Assembly: GCA_964384235.1 (NCBI GenBank)
Contig: CAYLJX010000004.1
Location: 81,916-132,302 of the forward strand
Direction of reading: 5' to 3'
DNA: 50,387 nucleotides
Origin: an uncultured Bdellovibrionales bacterium
GTDB taxonomy: Bacteria > Patescibacteriota > Minisyncoccia > Moranbacterales > UBA1568
The translations under genes and the position numbers were made by a program. This document shows positions 42,428 through 50,387 of the stretch, one piece after another (the stretch's first letter is position 1; each line of letters starts with the position of its first letter). Under the pieces are notes generated by a model. That model had not been told where the DNA came from. It saw nothing but the letters and a program-made list of their open reading frames with translations, and ran no database searches.

Positions 42428-44524
42428 TTACACTTCCATGACTACCGGAAGGATCATCGGGCGGCGCTCCGTCTTCTGAAAGAGGTACTGCCCCACCACC
42501 TCGCGGATCTGGTTCCTGACCAGTTCCCAATCCATAGCCGTGTCCTTGGAGGTGTTGTCTTTCACGACCTTCTGCACCTTGCGCTTGGTCTCGTTTACCA
42601 GGTCGAAGTTCTCCTTGACATGGATGAACCCGCGCGAAGTGATCTGGATGTTACCGACGACATTCTTGCTCTTACCGTTGATGACGACGGTGATGACCAC
42701 CATACCGTCCTCAGCGAGCATCTTGCGGTCACGGAGCACCACGTGGCCGATGTCGCCCACGCCAAGACCGTCGACGAAGACATAGCTCGCGTCGGCCTTC
42801 TCCTTGAGAAGATGCGGGAGCCCCTTGTCCTTCTCGGGAATCTCGAGGACGTGCCCGTTGTCCATGATGAAGATGTTCTGCTTGGGATACCCGAGGCGCT
42901 CGGCGATGCGGCCAGCCTCGACGATGAAGAAATGGTTGGCGTACACCGGCATGACGTAGGTCGGCTTGACCTGGCGGATGATCTCCTCGATTTCCCAGAT
43001 CGTTCCGTGTCCGCCGATATGGATCTCCATGATGTCGGAGTGGATGACATTGTCGCACTTGCGATAGAGGTTATCCTTCAGCCGCTGGATACTACGCTCG
43101 TTGCCTGGGATGACGGAGGACGAGAAGACGATGGTGTCGTTCTTCTGAAGCTTGATGAAGCGGTGGTTGTCCGTCACGATACGGGTAAGCGCAGCATTGG
43201 ACTCGCCCTGCGCGCCGGTGCAGATGACGACGATCTTGTTGTCGGGATACTTGTGGATGTCGTTCACCGTGATGAGGGTCTCCTTCTTGACCTTGACGTA
43301 GCCGAGCTCCTTGGCGACCTCGATGTTCATCTTCATACTGTAGCCCTCGAGCGCCACGTACTTGCCCATCCGCTCGGCGTACTCGATGAGATATGCCACA
43401 CGGCGGATCTGCGACGCGAACGTCCCGATGATGATGCGGCCCGGCGCGTTCCTGATGAGATTCTGAAGGTTCGTGTGCACCTCGGTCTCGGAGGGCGGCA
43501 TGCCTTTCTTGGTCGCACCAAGGCTCTCGAGCATGAGGATCGTCGGTTGCGGCAGCGACTCGAGATGACGGTACTCGATGTCCTTGCTCCGCGGGTCGAT
43601 CGGCTCGTTGGTGATGGTCCAGTCGCCCATGTGCACGATGGAACCGTTGGGCGTCACGAGCGCGATACCCATCGCGTCCATGATGGAATGCTCCACTTCG
43701 AAGAACCGCACCTCGAAGGCACCGAGCCGGATGCGGTCGGAAAGTGAGTTGACGCGCACCGTCTTGAGCTTGTTCGTCGCCCCCTTCTCCTCGTCTTCGC
43801 ACTTGCGCTTGATGAGGGAGAGCGTGAAGTCGCGTCCGATGATGGTGGGATAGTTGAGCTGCTTCAGGAGCGTCGGGGCGGCGCCGATATGGTCGAGATG
43901 TCCGTGCGTGAAAAGCACGCCGCGGATGTTCTTCTCCTTGCCCTTGAGGTAAGAGACGTTCGGGACGATGTAGTCGATGCCCGGCATGTCCTCTTCGGGC
44001 CACTGCACCCCCATGTCGATGATGACGATGTCATTCCCGTACTCGAAGACGGTCATGTTGCGGCCGACTTCTTCCTGGCCACCGAGCGGGATGATACGGA
44101 GCGTCTTCTCCTGGATCGGAGGCACGTTGCCGCTCTCGCTCTTCTGCTTGAAGTGCTGATCCATACGCGTCGGGATCTGCCGCTGGAACTTGCGCTTGTC
44201 GCGGGGCGCCCGGGCACCCTGCGGAGCCGGCTTCGACCCGTCTCGGCCTGCCTCACCGAGGCGAGGCGGACGTTTCCCTTGTGAGGACGGGGTTCCTTGG
44301 GCGGATTTACCTCCCTGGACGGCGCTTTGTTCCGGACGCCTGCCTTTTTTTCCTGGCAAGACACGTCTGACTCTCGGAGCCTGTGCGTGCGCGACGATAC
44401 CCTCGAAGGCACCGATCGCCGGCTTGTTCGTCCCTCCCTGAGGGAGGGTGGTGTTCCGACGAGGATGATTCCCCTGCCGCGGCGTACCGCGGTCTTTCCG
44501 GAACGGATTGTTTGTTTGCATCAT
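42428..44524 (-). CDS. rnj: Ribonuclease J with a ~150-aa basic low-complexity N-terminal extension
   Basis: Metallo-beta-lactamase motif HGHLDHIG, beta-CASP region, C-terminal domain. The first ~150 aa are rich in R/K/P/G/Q. Confidence 0.9.
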   Translation of the reverse strand: MMQTNNPFRKDRGTPRQGNHPRRNTTLPQGGTNKPAIGAFEGIVAHAQAPRVRRVLPGKKGRRPEQSAVQGGKSAQGTPSSQGKRPPRLGEAGRDGSKPAPQGARAPRDKRKFQRQIPTRMDQHFKQKSESGNVPPIQEKTLRIIPLGGQEEVGRNMTVFEYGNDIVIIDMGVQWPEEDMPGIDYIVPNVSYLKGKEKNIRGVLFTHGHLDHIGAAPTLLKQLNYPTIIGRDFTLSLIKRKCEDEEKGATNKLKTVRVNSLSDRIRLGAFEVRFFEVEHSIMDAMGIALVTPNGSIVHMGDWTITNEPIDPRSKDIEYRHLESLPQPTILMLESLGATKKGMPPSETEVHTNLQNLIRNAPGRIIIGTFASQIRRVAYLIEYAERMGKYVALEGYSMKMNIEVAKELGYVKVKKETLITVNDIHKYPDNKIVVICTGAQGESNAALTRIVTDNHRFIKLQKNDTIVFSSSVIPGNERSIQRLKDNLYRKCDNVIHSDIMEIHIGGHGTIWEIEEIIRQVKPTYVMPVYANHFFIVEAGRIAERLGYPKQNIFIMDNGHVLEIPEKDKGLPHLLKEKADASYVFVDGLGVGDIGHVVLRDRKMLAEDGMVVITVVINGKSKNVVGNIQITSRGFIHVKENFDLVNETKRKVQKVVKDNTSKDTAMDWELVRNQIREVVGQYLFQKTERRPMILPVVMEV

Positions 44525-44652
44525 AGCAAAACATCTTTGGTCCCGTCCGCGTCCCGACGAAACATCGGGACTCAGACGACAGACCGTTAAAAAGAAAAAA
44601 ATGATTTACGACGAAAGATGTTCCTTGAAAAACAGAAACATGATTTACGTTG

Positions 44653-44736
44653 TGCCCTAGGGGAGACTCGAACTCCCATGTGATTGCTCACGCTAGCACC
44701 TGAAGCTAGTGCGTCTACCAATTCCGCCACCAGGGC
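44653..44736 (-). tRNA. tRNA-Leu (CAG), class II, CCA not encoded
   Basis: GCCCTGG/CTAGGGC acceptor, anticodon loop TTCAGGT, long variable arm CGTGAGCAATCACAT, T arm GGGAG-TTCGAGT-CTCCC, A73. Confidence 0.9.
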
Positions 44737-44887
44737 TTTTACGGAAGAATATCGAATATGGAATATGGAATGAAGCCGGAGACGATGCCGAAACCTCCCT
44801 TGGTTCTATATTCAATATTCTACATTCAACATTCTTCCTTGATAATAAAGAACAAAAACAAGAAACTCAATGTGGCCAGCAGAAAAA

Positions 44888-45922
44888 CTACGCCACCAAC
44901 AGTTTCTTGAGCTCCTCCACCATCTCGACCGGTGTCGGATCCTGTCCGTACGCCAAAGCCAGATAGTATGAAGCGAAGTCGCCCAGCGCGATACTGGTGA
45001 ATACCTTACTATACACGCTTTCACCCTCCATGTCAAGAATTTCCACTTCCACCCCTTGTTTGCGCAACAATTCTGCCGTAATCTCGAAACGTTTGAAATT
45101 ACGGGAATCGGTATCCGTATCACGCAGCATCAGGACGAAAAACTTTCCCTGAGGCAGGGTCCACCCCACCATTTCGTTGTGATTGAGCTCGGGAAAGAAA
45201 TTCCAGAACGCCGGAGTCTTGGCATTCTCGTTGAGCTTGATCTTCCAGACCATGGCTACCGATTTGTAGCGCGTCGTGGCGTAGATGACCGGGGTTTTCC
45301 CGACAAGTTTCTCCGCAAGCGCTCTTCCTTGTTCCTCAAGTGCGGAAAGTTTCCCCTTCAGGGCTTCGGCCTCCGCCAGGATATCCGCGGTGGCATCCGG
45401 CACCATACCCTGGTTCACCAGGACCTGAAACATGGCTCCGAAGAAGTAGCCGGTACCGATGCGCGGCTGGAAGCCCTCGTAGGGAATGGGGAGCTTGATA
45501 TGCGGAACGCCGCGTTCCCGGCACATCGCCTCGATCTTTCCTCCGCTCGAAAGCCCGACGCACGGCAGTCCCGCCCGAAGCGCCTCCTCGAAAGAGGCGA
45601 TAGTCTCTTCGGTGTTGCCGGAGTAGGAACAGATGAAATTGAGACACTCATGATAACTCTCCGGCGGCAGACCGTAGGAGCGGTTCTGATAGATAGCGAG
45701 AGGCTGCTCCTGCGGTTTCTCCGACTGAAACAGCGAATGCAGGTAGATACGGAAGAGGTTCCCCGGGAGCGCCGACCCTCCCATACCGGAAATCATGATC
45801 GCCTTGAATGTTCCCTCGACACGGATTCCCTTGGCCAGATCCATACCGGTTCGGAACTGATCCGGCGTATCGAGAAGCATCTGACGGAAGTTGGATTTGT
45901 CGAGCGGGTGTGGCATACTCAT
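44888..45922 (-). CDS. Bifunctional phosphoglucose/phosphomannose isomerase (SIS-domain PGI/PMI family)
   Basis: 344 aa. SIS motif ISGMGGSALPGN, SYSGNTEET, C-terminal PGI/PMI-type domain. 4-nt overlap with the upstream gene. Confidence 0.75.
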   Translation of the reverse strand: MSMPHPLDKSNFRQMLLDTPDQFRTGMDLAKGIRVEGTFKAIMISGMGGSALPGNLFRIYLHSLFQSEKPQEQPLAIYQNRSYGLPPESYHECLNFICSYSGNTEETIASFEEALRAGLPCVGLSSGGKIEAMCRERGVPHIKLPIPYEGFQPRIGTGYFFGAMFQVLVNQGMVPDATADILAEAEALKGKLSALEEQGRALAEKLVGKTPVIYATTRYKSVAMVWKIKLNENAKTPAFWNFFPELNHNEMVGWTLPQGKFFVLMLRDTDTDSRNFKRFEITAELLRKQGVEVEILDMEGESVYSKVFTSIALGDFASYYLALAYGQDPTPVEMVEELKKLLVA

Positions 45923-47562
45923 TTTTTAATCCTCGTTGTGTTTATATACCAACTCCTCACGTCGCTGAAACGGTAGGCCGGAGTATCGATGTTCTTGAGA
46001 TCGATACCCTGGACGCTCCCATTCATGACATACAGGTAGGTCGGGCTGTAGAGGAAGACGGCCGGATACTCCTTGGCCAGGATCTCCTGGAGCTTGCGAT
46101 ACTGCTCGCCGCGCTTCGCCTCATCCATCTCCTCACGGGCGGTCGTCAGGATATCATCCGCCTCCTTGTTGTCGAAGAGCGCGAGGTTCAGACCCGGATC
46201 GCGCTTCTGACTGGAGTGCCAGAACGAGTACGGATCCGAATCGACCATGGCCGCCTCCCCGAAGAGGAGCGCCTGATATTCGCGCGGACGGATGGCGTTC
46301 TGCTGGAGATCCACCGCCCCGAGCACCGTGACCGTCACCCGGGCACCGACTTTTTCCCATTGTTCCTTGAGAAGATCCGCCGTCCGACTGAGTTCCGGCC
46401 ATTCCGGTGCCAGGAGTTCGAAGGCGAGCACGGTATCGCCCTTGGATCGGATACCGTCGGCACCGCGCTGCCAGCCGTTCTCATCGAGGACCTTGTTGAC
46501 ATATTCGAGATCGAACGTCGGAAACGAAAGGTCGCCGGCATATCCTCTCATGAAGGGCAGATAGGCGGAATAGGCGGGCATCCCCTTGCCGGAGAGCACC
46601 TGTCCGATGATAGCCTGCCGATCCGTGGCCCGGGAGAGAGCCTCGCGGACTTCCGCATGGGCGAGTGCGGCGTTCTTGGTCGTATTGAAAAAGACCGCGA
46701 AGATCCTCGGAATGGAGAGCTCGTAGACACGGGTGCTCTTGCGCTCCTCGACGCGCGAGAGACTCTCCGGCATCACGCTGTTCATCCCCATGACTTCCTT
46801 GCGATTGTACGCCTCGATGAGGGCGGTCTCATCCGGGTAGAAGTTGATCGTGATCCTCCCTATGTAGGGCTCTCCCTCGACATAGTCCGCGAAGGCACGC
46901 AACTCGTAGGAAAGGATGTTGCCGTTGGAATCGCGATCGGAATCGTAATACCGGTACGGTCCCGCACCGACCGGCGCGAGATTGTAATCAGCCAAGAGGA
47001 AATTGTCCGGCGTGATCCCCTCCCAGATATGCTTGGGGAGGATACCGACCGTCAGGTTTTCCAGGAAACCGAAATACGGTTTCTTGAGGGTAAAGGTCAG
47101 AGTGTAGCGATCGACGACCGCCGCCTCGACCGCCGACCAATTGGAACGCAGCGGGCTCTTGTACGCCGGATCCTGGATGGCCTGGATCGTGAACAAGACG
47201 TCCTCTGCCGTCACTTCCTCGCCGTCATGCCACTTGATCCCAGGTTTCAGTGAGACGGTATGGACCTTGCCATCCTCCGATACCGAGGAAGTATCGGCGA
47301 AACGCTTGATGAGCCGCCCCTCCGCGTCATGCGTGAAGAGACCGCCGTAGATGAGCTGCACGAGATCCGCATCCGCCTCGCTCGTCTGGGAGAGAATGGG
47401 ATTGATATAGCGCGGTTGGGCGGCGATGCCCTCGACGTATTCCCCGCCCTGTTCCGGCACCGCCTTGGTCGAAGCGACGTAGATCGCTCCGAACCAAAAG
47501 AGAAGCGCTCCGAGAGCGACCACCCCCAATACCGAGACCAGGACGCGCTCCCAGGTTCCCAA
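45919..47562 (-). CDS. Family-5 (peptide/nickel type) ABC substrate-binding protein, membrane-anchored, with no cognate permease nearby
   Basis: 547 aa, N-terminal TM VLVSVLGVVALGALLFWF, typical cluster C/family 5 SBP length and motifs (GIKWHDG, LENLTVGILPKHIW). TTG start, uncertain. Confidence 0.8.
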   Translation of the reverse strand: MGTWERVLVSVLGVVALGALLFWFGAIYVASTKAVPEQGGEYVEGIAAQPRYINPILSQTSEADADLVQLIYGGLFTHDAEGRLIKRFADTSSVSEDGKVHTVSLKPGIKWHDGEEVTAEDVLFTIQAIQDPAYKSPLRSNWSAVEAAVVDRYTLTFTLKKPYFGFLENLTVGILPKHIWEGITPDNFLLADYNLAPVGAGPYRYYDSDRDSNGNILSYELRAFADYVEGEPYIGRITINFYPDETALIEAYNRKEVMGMNSVMPESLSRVEERKSTRVYELSIPRIFAVFFNTTKNAALAHAEVREALSRATDRQAIIGQVLSGKGMPAYSAYLPFMRGYAGDLSFPTFDLEYVNKVLDENGWQRGADGIRSKGDTVLAFELLAPEWPELSRTADLLKEQWEKVGARVTVTVLGAVDLQQNAIRPREYQALLFGEAAMVDSDPYSFWHSSQKRDPGLNLALFDNKEADDILTTAREEMDEAKRGEQYRKLQEILAKEYPAVFLYSPTYLYVMNGSVQGIDLKNIDTPAYRFSDVRSWYINTTRIKK

Positions 47563-47664
47563 GGCCGGAAAAAGCCGAAAGGGATTGAGTCTGCCGAGAC
47601 GGGTTGTTTCTAAAGGAGAAATAGACGAAATATCACAGGTTACCGTGGTCTGCCCTCGGATGAT

Positions 47665-47886
47665 TTAGGCAAAGGCGAGACGGACATTGACAGCGGCTAG
47701 GACGAAAAACACCAGTGCCAACCCTATAGCCGCGTAGAGAAGAAACTTCTCCAATCCGCGTTTGGTATAGTACCCCCCGAAGTCGCTTCCGAACGCCGCC
47801 CCTAAGCCCGAACCTCGGTTCTGCAACAAGATGGAAACTGCCAACAAAACAGCCACTGCCGCCTGGGCAATGTAGAGTCCTTTCAT
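47665..47886 (-). CDS. secG: Preprotein translocase subunit SecG
   Basis: 73 aa, two TM helices flanking the Gly-rich loop LLQNRGSGLGAAFG. Confidence 0.85.
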   Translation of the reverse strand: MKGLYIAQAAVAVLLAVSILLQNRGSGLGAAFGSDFGGYYTKRGLEKFLLYAAIGLALVFFVLAAVNVRLAFA

Positions 47887-47912
47887 AAAAGAAAATGTAA
47901 AAATTTCTTTGA

Positions 47913-48074
47913 GAACCTACTGGGAAAGCCTCTTTCGTCGCGAAATCCGAGAATTTCGAGCGAAAGACATGAAGGTTAAGGAGGGCTACTAGAAAAGTAA
48001 CCCGACGAGACCTGAATGGTTTGCAGCCGAAATTCGCGGATTTTTAGCGGAATACGGGCTTTTTCAGTAGGTTC
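47913..48074 (-). ncRNA. Candidate structured RNA (extended imperfect hairpin, 6S-RNA-like) or secG leader
   Basis: Closing helix 47913..47930 with 48057..48074, second helix 47943..47958 with 48028..48043, apical hairpin 47983..48003. Driven by the promoter at 48087..48115. Confidence 0.4.
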
Positions 48075-48086
48075 AAAAGCCTTTGT

Positions 48087-48115
48087 ATTGTATCAAAATA
48101 CCCCCGAGAAGTCAA
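48087..48115 (-). promoter_or_regulatory. Near-consensus sigma-70 promoter
   Basis: Minus strand TTGACT, 17-nt spacer, TACAAT. Confidence 0.7.
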
Positions 48116-48148
48116 CGGAAACTATATATTATACACCATTATACTCAT

Positions 48149-49270
48149 TTAGTCAATGGAGCTCCGTTCCAGGGAAACCAAGAGTTCCTGGGTGCCCTTT
48201 TTGCGCCGGTAGACACTCTGAAGCAGCCCCAGGGACAGACAGACGGAAAGGAGCGAACTTCCGCCGTACGAGAGAAGCGGGGCCGGCAATCCCGTCACCG
48301 GCAAAATCCCCACGTTCATACCGATATTGATCATGATTTGGACGAAAAACATCACGAGCGTACCGACCGCCACCAGATAGCCGAAATTGTCACTTGCCTT
48401 CCGGCCGATCTCCCTCACCCGGTACAGAAGAGCCAGATAGAGACCGATCACCAGGAGTGCGCCGATGAGACCGAGTTCCTCCGTGATCACGGCAAAGATG
48501 AAATCCGTATGCTTTTCCGGCAGGAAGTTAAGCTGGGATTGGGAACCGTGTCCGACACCCTTCCCGGTCAGGCCGCCCGAACCGACCGCCACCATGGCCT
48601 GGAGCACATTGTATCCGGAGCCGCGGGGATCGGCTTCCGGGTGCAGGAAGGTGTCGATGCGCGCCTTCTGATAGTCCGCAAGCGTAAACCAGCTCGCCGA
48701 AACGAGGGCGGATCCGAGCGCGAAGAGCACCAGAAAATGCTTGAAACGGAGTCCGGAAGCAAGGATCATTCCTCCCCAGATGGCCGCGAGCACCAGGCTC
48801 GATCCGAGATCAGGCTGCTTCAGGACCAGAAAGATGAGCGCGGCCGAAAGGACAAGCGAGGCGATGACACGGGTCCACTCCCCCAACTCGGATTTTTTCT
48901 TGGAAATGAAGCTGGCGAGAAAGATGATGAGCGTCACCTTGGCGAATTCCACCGGCTGGACCTGGAACGCCCCGAACGAAAGCCATCCGGCCGTCCCGCG
49001 CACCGTCGTACCGAAAAGGAGCACGATGAGAAGCAGGGCCATCGTCGTGAAGTACAGGGTCGTGCTGTATCTCGCGATATGCCGATAATCGAGCGAGGCG
49101 GCGAACAGCATGAGTCCCAACCCCACGGAAGCGAACAGGGACTGCCTGAGAAAATAATTGACGCCTTCCCCCGTCGAAGACAGACTGTACAATGCCAAAA
49201 GCCCTACCCCCAGAAGAAGCAGCATCACGGAAAGAAGTATCCAATCGAATTTGAAGCGAAAATGAAACAT
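48149..49270 (-). CDS. rodA: SEDS-family peptidoglycan polymerase (RodA/FtsW)
   Basis: 373-aa polytopic membrane protein with motifs of the FtsW/RodA/SpoVE type (QPDLGS, FLPEKHTDFIFA, GLPAPLLSYGGSS). Confidence 0.88.
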   Translation of the reverse strand: MFHFRFKFDWILLSVMLLLLGVGLLALYSLSSTGEGVNYFLRQSLFASVGLGLMLFAASLDYRHIARYSTTLYFTTMALLLIVLLFGTTVRGTAGWLSFGAFQVQPVEFAKVTLIIFLASFISKKKSELGEWTRVIASLVLSAALIFLVLKQPDLGSSLVLAAIWGGMILASGLRFKHFLVLFALGSALVSASWFTLADYQKARIDTFLHPEADPRGSGYNVLQAMVAVGSGGLTGKGVGHGSQSQLNFLPEKHTDFIFAVITEELGLIGALLVIGLYLALLYRVREIGRKASDNFGYLVAVGTLVMFFVQIMINIGMNVGILPVTGLPAPLLSYGGSSLLSVCLSLGLLQSVYRRKKGTQELLVSLERSSID

Positions 49271-49273
49271 CCC

Positions 49274-50122
49274 CTAAAACGCAGACGGCGGAGTGAATTC
49301 CTGAAATCTCCCCCCGGGAAGATACTGTCTCAGGAAGTTTTCGGAATGATAGACATCGGCATCGACGGTCATCTCGACCCGCTCCACCGTTCCCGGGAAA
49401 GCGGTCGGCCACACGAGACGGAAATCGCGCTCCTCTCCGGCCTGGACGGTCCGCATCTCGGTCGTGTTGAGCGCCAAGAGCTTCCCTCCGCCATCCCGCA
49501 GGATGACGATCACCGAAAGGGATCGGAAATCATAGGGACTCTCATTGGAAAGCAATCCGTACGCTTCCCCGAAACCCGCTCCGGAGGAGATCTGATTGTA
49601 CCGTTTCTGATAGATATTGACGGCCGGCCGTTCACGGTATCCCGAGAAACGCTCCCACTGCACGTCGCTTATGACGAGCGTCACGCTCGTGACCGTTCCG
49701 GGAGCGGCGACATTGACCGCCGGAAGGTACTTGGTCTCCTGCGGCAAAATGTAGCTCTCTCCCGAACGGGTCGCGAGCACCCGTCCATCCGCGCCTTTCA
49801 ATTCGAAGACATATCTGAAGGACGAGGCGCCGGCGACATCGTTGGGATTGTAGATCTGTCCCAGGACATCGTAGCTCCCCGTCCCTGCCGGGACGAATGA
49901 GACTTCCTTCCGTTCCAGATCGACGCCGATGATCTTTTCCACGCAGGCGTTGGCGCAGATGCCGCCGCAATCCGTTCCTTGTTCGTCCTGATTCTGTCTT
50001 CCGTCAAAGCAGGTCTCTTGCGGTTTAAGAAAGGCAAAATACACCCCCAATCCCAGAAGGACCAGGAGGGTGAAGGCGATCGTTACGATGATGAAACGAT
50101 GCAGTTCGCGCGAGGAAAGCAT
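49274..50122 (-). CDS. Hypothetical membrane-anchored protein with an N-proximal Cys cluster
   Basis: ATG 50122 (MLSSRELHRF..), TM IIVTIAFTLLVLLGLGVYFAF, then CFDGRQNQDEQGTDCGGICANAC. 3-nt spacing to rodA. Confidence 0.6.
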   Translation of the reverse strand: MLSSRELHRFIIVTIAFTLLVLLGLGVYFAFLKPQETCFDGRQNQDEQGTDCGGICANACVEKIIGVDLERKEVSFVPAGTGSYDVLGQIYNPNDVAGASSFRYVFELKGADGRVLATRSGESYILPQETKYLPAVNVAAPGTVTSVTLVISDVQWERFSGYRERPAVNIYQKRYNQISSGAGFGEAYGLLSNESPYDFRSLSVIVILRDGGGKLLALNTTEMRTVQAGEERDFRLVWPTAFPGTVERVEMTVDADVYHSENFLRQYLPGGRFQEFTPPSAF

Positions 50123-50222
50123 AGAAAAAACAGGTATTAGGAAATAGGCATGAGGCAATAGGAAAAACGGTTACTATCCGCTACCGAAGCTACTCACTGT
50201 TCCAGTATATCATAACAAAAAA

Positions 50223-50248
50223 TCACCCGTCAGGGTGAGTTTTTTTCA
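50223..50248 (-). terminator. Rho-independent terminator downstream of 5S rRNA and its partial copy
   Basis: Minus strand TCACCC-TGAC-GGGTGATTTTTTG. Confidence 0.75.
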
Positions 50249-50267
50249 CGTTTGAATGCAGGGTACC

Positions 50268-50300
50268 CGGCACTGACCTACTCTTGCCCGGAGGCTACCA
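50268..50300 (-). repeat. Partial copy of the 5S rRNA 3' terminal domain
   Basis: cggcactgacctactcttgcc (21 nt) and gctacca are identical to 50348..50368 and 50374..50380 (80-nt period). Only the intervening 5 nt differ. Confidence 0.85.
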
Positions 50301-50342
50301 CCCACCAGAGGCGGGCAAGTCGGCTTTACATTTGAAAAAATA

Positions 50343-50387
50343 GTTCTCGGCACTGACCTACTCTTGCCTTGCGGCTACCATCGGCGC
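50343..50387 (-). rRNA. rrf: 5S rRNA, 3' terminal ~45 nt (gene continues beyond the window)
   Basis: Minus strand GCGCCGATGGTAGCCGCAAGGCAAGAGTAGGTCAGTGCCGAGAAC parallels the E. coli 5S 3' end GCGCCGAUGGUAG..GAGAGUAGGGAACUGCCAGGC. Confidence 0.8.

Overview
GC-rich bacterial window with AT-rich spacers; nearly all genes are on the minus strand. I infer a Patescibacteria/CPR (Parcubacteria-like) origin from three things: six tRNA genes that do not encode CCA, compact housekeeping genes, and several VirB2/TrbC-type pilin-like and very large secreted proteins. Content in order:
- C39-like peptidase and an anaerobic RNR locus (nrdD, a separate glycyl-radical mini-ORF, nrdG)
- a PAS-fused ECF-type sigma factor and a secreted dienelactone hydrolase
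- tRNA cluster (Asp, Met/Ile2, fMet-like, Ile, Ala) interleaved with an ABC exporter and a small ORF
- dprA-topA, pyruvate kinase, the zur-znuACB operon, and a short Rel/SpoT
- orphan pilB, and groEL with a CIRCE promoter
- a four-gene surface-protein cluster, ychF, phosphomannomutase, a rhodanese protein, a 1081-aa surface protein, and trpS
- two Gly/Ala-rich secreted proteins, a plus-strand pilin operon, an AP2-domain protein, and RNase J
- tRNA-Leu, PGI/PMI, an orphan family-5 substrate-binding protein, secG, rodA, and the 3' end of a 5S rRNA gene at the window edge

No CRISPR array, transposase or integrase was seen. The most unusual signals are:
1. The class III RNR is split, so the glycyl-radical loop is its own small gene.
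2. Four stable-RNA genes (tRNA-Asp, tRNA-fMet, tRNA-Ala, 5S) are each followed a short distance downstream by a partial copy of their own 3' terminal domain. These copies keep base-paired helices, and two of them share conserved inserts.
3. Surface proteins include a VirB2-like pilin fused to about 700 extracellular residues, and two proteins share a C-terminal six-cysteine module.
4. A strong promoter drives a roughly 160-nt extended-hairpin RNA upstream of secG, a 6S-like candidate.

All functional calls rest on motif recognition by eye; no database search was run.
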